A stretch of 64,000 nt of DNA, taken from Mustelus asterias (lineage: Eukaryota). Both the position numbers and the translations under genes were made by a program. The notes under the pieces were generated by a model. The model was not told the DNA's origin. It saw only the letters and a program-made list of their open reading frames with translations, and made no database searches. The stretch spans positions 52,762,001 through 52,826,000 of the forward strand of contig NC_135825.1 in the NCBI RefSeq assembly GCF_964213995.1, given 5' to 3'. Numbering within the stretch: position 1 is the stretch's first letter; every line of letters begins with the position of its first letter. Positions 1 through 12,039 of the stretch are shown here, piece after piece.

Positions 1-107
1 TCGATGGTAGTCATGATGTGGAGATGCCGGCATTGGACTGGGGTAAACACAGTAAGACGTTGAACAACACCAGGTTAAAGTCCAACAGGTTTATTTGGTA
101 GCAAATG

Positions 108-144
108 CCACTAGCTTTCGGAGCGCTGCCCCTTCGTCAGGTGG
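108..144 (-). ncRNA. Minimal hammerhead ribozyme motif (mirror copy)
   Basis: Exact reverse complement of 746-782. Confidence 0.75.
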
Positions 145-745
145 AGTGGAGAAGTGCTCACAAACAGGGCACAGAGACACAAACTCAATTTACAGAATAA
201 TGATTGGAATGCAGTCTTTACAGACAATCAAGTCTTAAAGGTACAAACAATGTGAGCGGAGAGAGCATTAAGCACAGGTTAAAGAGATGTGTATTGTCTC
301 CAGACAGGACAGCCAGTGAGATTCTGCAAGTCCAGGCAAGTCGTGGGGGTTACAGATAGTGTGACATGAACCCAAGATCCCGGTTGAGGCCGTCCTCATG
401 TGCGCGGAACTTGGCTATCAGTTTTTGCTCACCTTGGTGGGTTCGTGATCTGTAGTCCTTTCGGTATCTTGTCTGCCAAGTTCCGCACACATGAGGACAG
501 CCTCAACCGGGATCTTGGGTTCATGTCACACTATCTGTAACCCCCACAGCTTGCCTGGACTTGCAGAATCTCACTGGCTGTCCTGTCTGGAGACAATACA
601 CATCTCTTTAACCTGTGCTTAATGCTCTCTCCGCTCACATTGTTTGTACCTTTAAGACTTGATTGTCTGTAAAGACTGCATTCCAATCATTATTCTGTAA
701 ATTGAGTTTGTGTCTCTGTGCCCTGTTTGTGAGCATTTCTCCACT

Positions 746-782
746 CCACCTGACGAAGGGGCAGCGCTCCGAAAGCTAGTGG
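746..782 (+). ncRNA. Minimal type-I hammerhead ribozyme motif of the Penelope pLTR
   Basis: CCAC-CTGACGA-A-GGGGC-AGC-GCTCC-GAAA-GC-TA-GTGG: intact CUGANGA/GAAA core, helices I and II, and palindromic AGCT in place of helix III. Confidence 0.75.
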
Positions 783-1149
783 CATTTGCTACCAAATAAA
801 CCTGTTGGACTTTAACCTGGTGTTGTGAAACTTCTTACTGTGCCTCTATGTGTACAGTGTATGTTTGTGCTGAGCATATGTGTGTGTGCTCCTCTTTGTA
901 CTTGTCTTTATGTGCATGTCAATGTGTTTTTCTGTTACTATAGTTTGTCCTAGTGCTCTCACACTACTGAGCAGACAAGAAAATTGCAGCCAGCAGTAAC
1001 AGATACACAGTCCCACTGGCTGTTCACTCTGAACAACTGTAAACACTGACAGATCTCGTGACATTTTGCTGGGATCTGGAGCTCTGTTGCGCTGTTCAGC
1101 TGGTAACCTATCCTGTACCTTTAAGGACACTGTTCAGTTACTCCCTAAG

Positions 1150-1590
1150 ATGAATGGGAGGAGTAACCAGGCAGCGTAGATAATTATAGGTGTGCATCAA
1201 CTTGCACAATCACAGGGCAATTTCAACTGCTTGTAAATGTCAGACAACAGGTTCATGACTTTTACACTTTCCATCACCTCATCAATCTTCATTTCTGTAA
1301 CCTCCTCCAGCTCTACAAACCAGCAAGAACTCAGGATTTGTTCTTGTTCAGCTCCTGTTGTCTTCAGCCCACCACCGGCTAATCTAAATCTGAAACTCTG
1401 GAATTTCTTCTACCTCTCTGCCAGGCCCTCCATCGTCAGACACTACATAAAACCTCACTCTTTCACCATGTTTTTGGCCACCAGCCTTTATCTCTTTATT
1501 AGGCGGTTCAGTATTAAAATGTTACCTGATGATACTCCTATGCAGCACCTTGGAAAATTTTACTATATTAAAATCTTTATGTAAATTGTT
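1150..1590 (+). mobile_element. Old L2 LINE 3' end
   Basis: Decayed LWN.L...KPHSF C-terminus and an L2-type 3' tail. Confidence 0.5.
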
Positions 1591-1995
1591 ATGAAAGTCA
1601 AAATCCTCGGCAAGTGAAGTCCTGACAGGCCTTGGCAGCACAAGGTACCTACAAGAAGAAGGAAAAAAGAGAAATGGCAGGAAAACCAGGTCATGTAACC
1701 AGGACACTGTAAACAAGTGTTGCTGCAGGCAGGGGAGAGGGAGAGCAGACAGAGAGAGGTCCCAAAGGAATCTATCCCATTAAGGACAACATGATGGAAG
1801 GATTTATCTCCACAAGGACTGTGTGGTGATCAGTCCTCCCGATATTCCTACAGATGCATCTACAACATGTAGATTGGTGAGGATGAGATCAAGTAGGTTT
1901 TTACTTCTTGTTGGTTCCCTCACCACCTGTTGTAGACTCAGTCTAGCAGTTATGTCCTCTAGGACCTGGCCAGCTCGGTCAGTAGTGGTGCTACC

Positions 1996-2282
1996 TGTTA
2001 TGTTGTGGCTATTAAGGCATCAACAACAGAGTTCAGGTTTTGTTAGGAACAAAGGTATTTATTGAATAAGAGAAACTTGGTACATGAGTTTGTAGCCTTG
2101 ATGTCCTGGAGCAGCAGCTCCAGTCCTTACCTGCTTACAACTTGGCTTCGAGAAGATTCTGCCTGAGAGAAGACTCCAACCTCTGGGTTGATCACTCACT
2201 CTCAGTTCCACATTGGTCTCTCAAGTCAGATGACTCACTTCCGCTATACTGTCTTAAAGAGACTGACATCACATAAACAACA
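1996..2282. mobile_element. Solo LTR inserted in an older LINE
   Basis: TG...CA termini (TGTTATG...AAACAACA) with 5-bp TSD CTACC/CTACA; the host LINE sequence resumes after it. Confidence 0.6.
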
Positions 2283-2518
2283 CTACAGAGTCACAGTTGG
2301 TGATGGACGTTGAAGTTCTCCACCCAGACTATATTCCATACCCTTGCCACCCTCAGTGACTCCTCCAAGTGGAGTTCACATGGAAGAGTACTGATCCATC
2401 AGCTGAGTGGACAGGGATGGGTGCATTAGGTGTAATCAGCAGTAGGTTTCCTTGCCCATATTTGACTTGGTGCATTGAAACCTCATGAAGTCCAGAATTA
2501 ATGTTGAGGACTCCCTGG

Positions 2519-2857
2519 TAGGGTTGCCAACTGTGATTAAATGCATTCCTGGAGGTTTCATCACATAACTTGCTCCCACACTCCAGCCATTAGTCGCTCA
2601 ACACATCCATCCTTATGACATACAGCCTTCCAACGCCAACTGGAAAGCAGAAACACTCATTACCCAATTTGATGATGCTTGGCTGTCAACCAAACAGCCT
2701 TTTCCCCCCACTTCAGTATTTTGATATCTGGTAAATAGACATGTTAAAACAATTACATGCTGAGGATCTTTCTCCAGGATTGCATATAGCAGTGGCCTGG
2801 AGATTGATCTTCAATTCTTTGAGATTCAAGACCAATTTTGGAGGATTGGCAGCCCTA
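2519..2857. mobile_element. hAT-type MITE
   Basis: TIRs TAGGGTTGCCA / TGGCAGCCCTA; TSD degraded. Confidence 0.6.
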
Positions 2858-3208
2858 CAACAGGACAGCTTCCTCTCGACTGTATACCACTGTATCACCT
2901 GCCACCTCTGATGAGTCTGTCCCATTGGTGGAACAAGACATTCTCAGGGAAGTGAAGGTGGTGTCTGGGACGTTGTCTGCAAGGTATGATTGCATGTGTA
3001 TTTCTATGTCAGGCTGTTTATTGAGTAGTCTCTAAAACAGCTGTTCCAATTTTGGCAAAAGCTCCCTGATATTTGTAAAAGTCAACATGGCTAAGTGTGC
3101 CACTGTCTTCTCCAGTCCAATGCCAGGTGGTATATCCGGTTCCATTTCTTCTAGACCTTGTAATGGTTTGACACAACTGAGTGGCTTGCTGGGCCATTTC
3201 AAAGACAG

Positions 3209-5268
3209 TTAAGAGTCATAGAGGTTTACAGTATGGAAACAGGCCCTTCAGCCCAACTTGTCCATACCGCCCTTTTTTTAATCCCGAAGCTAGTCCCAAT
3301 TCCCCCCGTTTGGCTAATATCCCTCAATACCCATTTTATCAATGTAACTGTCTAAACACTTTTTAAAAGACAGAATTGTACCCACCTCTACTACTACCTC
3401 TGGCAGCTTGTTCCAGACACTCACCACCCTCTGTGTGAAACAATTGCCCCTTTGGACCCTTTTGTATCTCTCCCCTCTCACCCTAAACCTATGCCCTCTA
3501 GTTTTAGACTCCCCTATCTTTGGGAAAAGATATTGACTATCTAGCTGATCTATGCCCCTCATTATTTTATAGACCTCTATAATATCACCCTTAAGCCTCC
3601 TACACTCCAGAGTCTATCCAGCCTCTCCTTATAACCCAAATCATCCAGTCCCGGTAGCATCCTAGTAAATCTTTTCTGCACTCTTTCTAGCTTACTTATA
3701 TCCTTTCTATAATAGGGTGACCAGAACTGCACATAGTATTCCAAGTGTGGCCTTACCAATGTCTTGTACAACTTCAACAAGATGTCCCAACTCCTGTATT
3801 CTATGTTCTGACCAATGAAACCAAGCATGCCGAATGCCTTCTCCACCACTCTGTCCACCTGTGACTCCACTCTCTAGGAGCTATGAACCTGTACTCCTAG
3901 ATCTCTTTGTTCTGTAACTCTCCCCAAAACGCTATCATTAACTGAGTAAGTCCTGCCCTGGTTCAATCGACTAAAATGCATCAACTCGCATTTATCTAAT
4001 TTAAACTCCATCTGCCATTCGTCAGCCCACTGGCCCAATTAGAACATAGAACAGTACAGCACAGCACAAAACAGGCCCTTCGGCCCACGATGTTGTGCCG
4101 AGCTTTATCTGAAACCAAGATCAAGCTATCCCACTCCCTATCATCCTGGTGTGCTCCATGTGCCTATCCAATAACCGCTTAAATGTTCCTCAAGTGTCTG
4201 ACTCCACTATCACTGCAGGCAGTCCATTCCACACCCCAACCACTCTCTGCGTAAAGAACCTACCTCTGATATCCTTCCTATATCTCCCACCATGAACCCT
4301 ATAGTTATGCCCCCTTGTAATAGCTCCATCCACCCGAGGAAATAGTCTTTGAATGTTCACTCTATCTATCCCCTTCATCATTTTATAAACCTCTATTAAG
4401 TCTCCCCTCAGCCTCCTCCGCTCCAGAGAGAACAGCCCTAGCTCCCTCAACCTTTCCTCATAAGACCTACCCTCCAAACCAGGCAGCATCCTGGTAAATC
4501 TCCTCTGCACTCTTTCCAGCGCTTCCACATCCTTCTTATAGTGAAGTGACCAGAACTGCACACAATATTCCAAATGTGGTCTCACCAAGGTCCTGTACAG
4601 TTGCAGCATAACCCCACGGCTCTTACCTGCAGTGTCCTGGACATGGACAGAAGCTGAGAGTCAGACATGTACAACAACAACTTGCATTTATAGAGCACCT
4701 TCAACAGTATCATCCCAAGAAGCTTCACAGGAGCCTTAATGTGAAAAATCTGACGATCATGATCTCGTTGCAATCCTACATAACCTTCTTCACTGTCCAT
4801 TATGCCACCAATCTTGGTGTCATCTGCAAACTTACGAACCATGCCCACTAAATTCTCATCCAAATCATTAATGTAAATGACAAATAACAGTGGACCCAGC
4901 ACTGATCCCTGAGGCACACCACAGGCCTCCAGTTTGAAAAACAACCCTCTACAACCACCCTCTTCTGTTATCAAGCCAATTTTGTATCCTTTTAGCTACC
5001 TCACCCTGGATCCCGTGAGATTTAACCCTATGCAACAACCTACCATGTGGTACCTTGTCAAAGGCCTTGCTAAAGTCCATGTAGACAACATCAACTGCAC
5101 TGCCCTCATCTACTTTCTTGGTTACCCCTTCAAAATACTTAATCAAATTTGTGAGATATGATTTTCCATTCAAAAAGCCATGCTGACTGTCCCTAATCAG
5201 TCCTTGCATCTCTAAATGCCTGTAGATCCTGTCTCTTAAAATACCTTCTAACAACTTATCCACTACAG
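3209..5268 (-). mobile_element. Nested CR1 LINE fragments (outer 3209-4040 and 4755-5268; inner 4041-4625)
   Basis: ORFs with RPHLEY.VQFWS, GVPQGSVLGP, KFADDTK and DFSKAFDKVPH motifs; two different 3' microsatellite tails. Confidence 0.9.
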
Positions 5269-5539
5269 TCAACTGCATTGCTGTGGGCCTGGAGATGCAG
5301 GTAGACCAGACCAGGTAAGGATGGCAGATTTCCTTCCCTAAAGTGAATCAGATGGGTTTTTACAACAATCAACAATGGTTTCATGGTCACGATAATTGAG
5401 ACTAGCTTTTAATTCCTGATTTATTAATTGAATTTAAATTCCATCCGCTTACACAGTGGGATTCGAACCTGTATTCCCAGAACATTAGCCTGGGCCTCTG
5501 GACTGTTAGTCTCATGACATTACCAACACACTACCCCCA

Positions 5540-6179
5540 CAGACAAGGGGCAGAGACAGGAGACAGAGATAGTATCCAGGTAAGGAAAAAGAGGGGAGCA
5601 GAGAAAGAGGGTCCAAGCAGGAAGAGAACTGTGATTAGCAGGACTCAGGGAAAGCCCTGGCAATCTCAGGAGATCGCAATAGGTTGGTGACTCCATGCTC
5701 CATGCCACTGAGACAAAGATTCCCTGATGGAGCTGTACTTTTCTGCTCAGCGCGGCCAAAGAACTAAATCTGTGCTTGTGAGGTGATGCTTGAGTGCATG
5801 CTCGGGAATGTAGGGGAACAGACTATCAGGAGACAAGCTTAAACCCTGCAAGGTGGGCCATCACTGAGGCTGTCCGAGTTGGAACGATTTGTGAAGGGAA
5901 TTCCAAGGCAAGATCTTCAGAAGCGAATTTTTGCCCATTAGTTCACATGTACCTCACATTAATTCTGAATGTAAAGTATGACAGATATTGTAAATTGTTT
6001 TATCTTTCTATGCCTTGCATGGTGAAGTTATTTCTTGTTTGTTCAAAACCTGTGAATTTTATGGCTTTATTCTATTAGCAGGTGTCTTGAATCTCAAACT
6101 TTATCCACTGTAAACAAAGAGTTATTGATCCCTAACCGGATCTTACTAAAACTCTGGCGGTCTGGCCTGAGATCATAAC
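5540..6179 (+). mobile_element. LTR-like remnant
   Basis: Ends in GATCATAAC and shares GGTTGGTGACTCCATGCT and flanking motifs with 44630-45180. Confidence 0.45.
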
Positions 6180-7404
6180 TAAATTCCAAGTGGCCTCTGG
6201 AAATTGGCCCAAGTAGGTCATTTACTTACCTAAACTGGATACCCACCAATAGTGGGCAGGTTGTCCCTGGCATAAGACCATAAGACCATAAGACATAGAT
6301 AGAAACAGCAAGCCAGTAAGCCAGTCGGAGCTGTAAATCTTCCCACTCACCCTAATCCGTACTTGCCCCCATATGGGGGTTAAAACTCTGCAAAGTGTGG
6401 AAAGGTGTGATGTCATTCAGTTGTGAATGAAGATTGATCAGAATATGAAGAAAGGAAGATTGATCAGAATATTTTTAATTGGCAAGAAGCCAGGAACTAT
6501 GTGTTAATATTCACCCCTGAGAAGCAGAGTCGGCATGGAACTGACATGCTTCACGCCGACCTGCCCCGCAGAGCCATGGGGCGCAGTGGAGTGGCTAAGT
6601 GGGGGTCAAGTGGGGAGGAGGTCATGCCCTCTGGAGCTGCCAGCCAATCCGACTGCAGCACCAAGAGCACATAAGTGCCAGGACTGCAGGGGAAGAAGGA
6701 CCCTTGGATCCCCAGAGCGGGTAGGTCTGGGATCTTGGGCAGGGAGGATTTGGGTAGGCCAGGGAAGGGGGCAGGGTGTGGGCAGGGGGTTTAAGGCTGT
6801 GGGCGGGCAGGTAGGAAGGAAGGAGGGGTTCACCCTTAGGAGGATCATCCTGTGATCAGCAAAGGGCAGCCCTGGAGAGCAAACCGCCCCCCACCCCTCC
6901 TTCCTGACTTTTGAAGATCTTATTTTTTTAAAACTGGGCTGCTCATTCCCACCCAGCTGATCAAGCCAAAGGTTTCATGGTGATGCTGTCAGACCTGCTG
7001 AGATTTTACAGCATTTTCTGTTTTTGTATTATTCAGGTCAATTGGCTTGATAATAAGCCTAATTGACCTTTGACTTCTTGCTTGAAAATGGTGGATGAGC
7101 TGCCAACTTTGGCTCCTGCCCATTCCCTGTAGTATGGGGGTGGGCACAGGCTGGGCAGAAAGGTGGCACCTGCCCTATTTTACACCACCCCGCCCCCCCC
7201 AACTCCCCACCCAACCCAACCCATGCTCAAAACACTCCAGTGGGGGCACACGTAAAATACAGCCCAATTGGCTTACTGGCTTGCTGTTTCTATCATGCCA
7301 GGGACAACCTGCCCACTATTGGTGGGTATCCAGTTAAGGTAAGTAAATGACCTACTTGGGCCAATTTCCAGAGGCCACTTGGAATTTAGTTATGATCTCA
7401 GCAG

Positions 7405-7965
7405 GTAAAAGCAAATTACTGCGGATGCTGGAATCTGAAACAAAAACAGAAAATGCTGGAAATTCTCAGCAGAGTAAACTATGATTGCTTTAACTGGAAA
7501 GACAGAGACTCGGGAGACCTGATAGAGGTCTACAAAATTATGAGAGGCATAGACAGGTGGATAGTCAGAGGCTTTTTCCCAGGGTGGAAATGTCAATTAC
7601 AAGGGGGCACAGGTTCAAGGGGAGAGGGGGAAAGTTTAAGGGACATGTGCAGGGGAGGTTTTTCACGCAGAGTGGTGGGTGCCTGGAATGCACTGCCCCA
7701 GGAGGTGGTGGAAGCAAGCACATTAGCAACGTTTACGGGGCATCTGGATGGGTACATGAATAGGGAGGGAATAGAAGGATGCTGACTGAGTATGGGCAGA
7801 AGGTTTTTTTCTTTGGTTTAGTTAGAGCATCATGATCAGCACAGGCTTGGAGGGCCGAAGGGCCTGTTCGTATGTTGTACTTTTCTTTGTTCAGTTCTGA
7901 CAGCATCTGTGGAGAGAGATTAGAGCCAACCTTTCAAGTCTGGCTGACTCTTTGTCAGAGCTGGA
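7405..7965 (-). mobile_element. Short Penelope-pLTR-derived element split by a CR1 3' fragment (about 7490-7892, + strand)
   Basis: GCAAATTACTGCGGATGCTGGAATCTGAAACAAAAACAG...CAGCAG resumes after the CR1 tail at about 7895. Degenerate hammerhead on the - strand at about 7924-7962. Confidence 0.7.
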
Positions 7966-10900
7966 ATACAAAGGATATTCCAGTAAATCGTAGCTGTACA
8001 GAGCTCTGGTTAGACTCCATGGAGAGTATGGTAGGTTGTGCTCATCACTGCAACTCAAGAAGACTTTAATTGGAGAGGGTGAAGTGCAGAATCCACAACC
8101 AAAGGAGTTCTTATGAAAGCATGAAATCTTGGCTTGTATTGTCTTGAACGTTGGAGATTAAGTGGTGATCTCGTTGAAATATTTAAGATGATGAAAGCGT
8201 TTATAAGCTTAGGTAGTGAGAAATTATTTCCTCAGGTGGGGGCATCCAGAACAGAAGCATAACCTTAAAATTAGAGCTAGGTCCTTGAGGGGCGAAGTCG
8301 AGAAGTTCATCCTCACACAAAGGATAGCGGAAATCTTAGTTACTCTCTACCCTTCCTCAAAGAGCTGGCAATTGAAAATCTCAAAACTGAGATTGATAGC
8401 CTTTTGCTGGATTAAGTTATCCAGGGTTATGGAACCGAGACGGGTAGATGGAGCTCAGGTACAGATCAGCCAGGATCTAATTTAACAGCAGAATAGTCTT
8501 TTAATGGCCTACTTCTGCTCCAAAACTCCAATGCACCACTTTAAAGTGTGAAGTCAGGAGTCTGACCAACACTCAAAGATATACAAGGAAGTTAAAACCT
8601 GGAAACATTCGATCCAATCAACCTGTGTTCATGTTATGAGTAAGTAGTTCCAATCCCATTTCCCCACCTTCTGCCTTATTATCTATTTAACCAGTCTAAA
8701 CCTGAATTATGACATAGCTTCTGACTCAAACACTAATCCTATAAGTAATGTTCATATGTTCATAGCTCTCCACATAAAGACATCTCTTCTGCCATCAGTT
8801 CTAAATCTTCCATTTCATCTTGTATCAATGGCCCTTATTCTTGACTTTCTTTGATCAAACAGTTTGGAGTCTATCAATGGGGGGGCGGGGGGGGGACAGC
8901 AGGGACTAAGATGCAGGTGCCCGATAAAGGCTTGTGTTACAAAATATATAGCTGGCCCAAGGGGCGCTGCCATCCCCAACCTCCCAGGGAAACTCAATTG
9001 CCTCTGGTCCTATCAGAGTGGCCATGTTGACAGGTCCCGTTGATGAGGACCATACATGATCCTCGCTAGTGAGGACCTTCACAGGCAAGGCCGCTAAGGA
9101 CTGGACTATTGCAACTCGGGCTCACTAATAATATTGAAATCCACATTTAAATTGCACCCCGGAAGGGTGTGAGGTTGATCTTGCCAGATATCCGGGGCCG
9201 GTAAGATTGTGATAGGCAAGAAATCGCCCGATATTTCACCTCTCTCGCGATCTTACCTTCTTACCACCCACCCCCCATTCACTGGTGGGAGACGAGTGAG
9301 AAGGTAAGATCGCCCTCCATGAGTTAACGCATGATGCCACATTTGTGTGGGGAGTGATGCGAATGTTTGTGGTGCATAAGACATATCCTTGCTCTATCGA
9401 CTATTTGATGTGAAATTTGTCTTATTATTTGAAGTATCATTTGCCTCTTAATTAATGTGTAACTTGCATTGGTTCTGATTCATAGTAAAGTTACAGAGAG
9501 TAAAATCTTGTTGGTGAATCCTTCATTTGGGGGTCTGTCAGTAGATTTGGGTATTTTGGTTTACTGTTTCCCCACAGGGGAAACTGATCTTACTTCCCAT
9601 CATGGACTAAATACGAGACTCTCATGTTCGCTAATGAGGAGTTGGAGGTTACACCACACAACAATCAGGGTGTTTATCACAAAGTTTGATGGGATAGTGC
9701 TCCAAGAAGTAATGTGATAGATGAGAAACGTACATTATATGCAAAACTTTTAATATGTTAGACATGATTGTTTACATGTGTATCTTTCAGTGTTGGTCCT
9801 GACTTCACACTTTAAAGTGGCACATTGGAGTTTTCGAGCAGAAGTAGGCCAGTAAATCACTTGAGACTATTCTGCTGTTAAATTAGATCCTGGCTGATCT
9901 GTACCTTAGCTCCATCTACCCGTCTCGGTGCCATAACCTTGTTTCTATATTGTACATTTAAACCTATATCATTGATTCTTAGACACTGCTGAGTTAGCTG
10001 CTCTCAGTTAGATTTGAGGGAGGATTGGTCTAAATGTCTGTGCATCAGTGAGAGGAAAGGTGGTCAGAATTTGGTCCTTGAAGAATGAAGAGCATCTGTG
10101 AAACCAGAGCCACAGTAAGGAATGAGCGTCTTCGGGAGAAAGGTACAGGGGAGAAAAGTGGCCTGAAATTAAAAAACTGAAAACTAATAAACGAAACAGA
10201 GAGGTGGAATTTTCCTGGATCTGTTCCCAGCTTCTCAGTCACCAGGTGCAGTGGGTAGTGTAACATCAGATGAGTGTGACATTTCCATGGTCTCCGATGT
10301 CCGCTGTCCAATCGGAACTTCCCATGTTTACCCCAATGAGAGCAGTGGCCAAATCTCTGAGGTTCTTTTAAATTTTAAAATTGAACAAGATTGTAATCCC
10401 TTATTGTTATGATCCACATAGAATCTGATAACTTTTAAAACAAAACTCAAACTTCCAGTGACTGATTAAAAATATCAAATAACAAAACTTAAAATTTTAG
10501 AACTTTTACAGTAACAAACAAATTAAATTCAACATTAACAATATACTATTTTTGTGGGCAAATTATACTTTAAACTGCAAAGAACTTCCCCCATTTAATG
10601 TTCACACATCTTATGTTATTGTTGTACTTTACTCTGTCCCTAAGTGGACAATTCATTCTTGAGTAAACGGTCTAAAGCTGTCCTCAGCTCTCAATAATCT
10701 GCCTCCTTCTTCCTTTTCCGTCCGGCTAACTTCAAATTCTCGAACTGACTTTTATGCTGAGGGATACTATGGAGATTTCGCCTTCAAGCCAAAGCTAGGC
10801 AAATCTCCCAGCCTCATTTCAATCCACACAAACTTGGTCTCTTCAATTTGAAAACAAGCTTTTCCCACATCCTGCATAATGAATAATAATAATTGGCTGC

Positions 10901-12039
10901 CTCTATCTCTCTGCAGACTGTCCTGGTAATGTCAGGTTCAGTGAAATCTTAGAGAACTCTGAAAGCCAATACTATAATGGCTTGTTATGGACTCTTTGGC
11001 CGTGATTCTCCCAAAAGTGTTAAATTGGGGGCAAAACTGTTCTAGATCATGCCAGTTCTGACAGGTCAACTTCTCACTCGAATCTCCGCACTCTGTGCAA
11101 TGCAGAGAGCTCAGTCATAAATCTCATTAAAAACCCAGGGGGGGCGGTGGGGGGCCTATTCATGTCGGAGTTTGACAGTTCTGGAGCTCTGCGCATGCGC
11201 AGTGACCCCAAACTGTCAAACTCCCGTTTGCTGGCCAGCCCGATCCCTGGCCAGCCCGGGCCCCCCGCAGTGCTGCCCCTCCACGGCCCAATCGGCCCCC
11301 ACAACGATTCCCAAAAACACAAAACGCTGGAAAATCTCAGCAGGTCTGACAGCATCTGTGCAGAGGCTGGATGACTCTTCATCAGAACTGACAAAGAGTC
11401 ATCCAGACTTGAAATATTAGTTCTGTTCTCTCTCCATTTTACTCTAAATTAGAGACAGCTTAAAAACATAATGGGCCAGAGCTTCTGTGGAGTGGCAATC
11501 ACAGTCATAGTGCCACTCTGTTCCTTTTCCCTTACCTTATTTAGGGGGGCTAGCTGCCATAAAGCAGGTAAGTTTAAAGTTCCCAGCCATTTTGAGAAAC
11601 CAGAGAGAAGATAATTGTGCAATGCAATTGGGTAGGATTGGGGGTGATCAGTAGTGTGTTTGGGTGGTCAGTGGGGAGAGTGATCGGCAGTGAGGTGAAC
11701 AGTGGGTGGGGGCAGGTAATGGTGGGGGGACGGATGGTCAGAGGAGATGTCAATAGGGGTAGTCAGGAATTGGGGGTTCATTGGATGGTCAGGAAGGTAG
11801 CTGGGGGTTGGGAGGATAATCAGTGATTGAGACTCAGGAGGTCTGTTTGGGTGATCAGGTAGTTGGGGGGATGAGCAGGGATAGTTGAGAGGGTGGGAAA
11901 GTAGTCGGTGAGGGGTTGGGGGTGGTGGGGTCAGTACCCTAATTACCCAGGTTTCAATTCTTCCAATTTTTTTCTGGGTAACTATTCATGTTAAGACAGT
12001 CGGAACGATCAAAAGTGTAAGTTTAAAGTTTTAAAATTT

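Larger units (their letters stand above)
13..842. mobile_element. Penelope-like element ends in inverted (palindromic) arrangement
   Basis: Arms 48-415 and 475-842 are reverse complements. They encode the GIY-YIG C-terminus (EQKLIAKF..HED.LNRDLGFMSHYL*) followed by a pLTR-like 3' region. Confidence 0.85.
1860..3205 (-). mobile_element. Old LINE fragment (endonuclease region) hosting the solo LTR and hAT MITE
   Basis: The - strand reads NLLDLILTNL, an APE endonuclease motif, at about 1870-1900. Confidence 0.55.
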
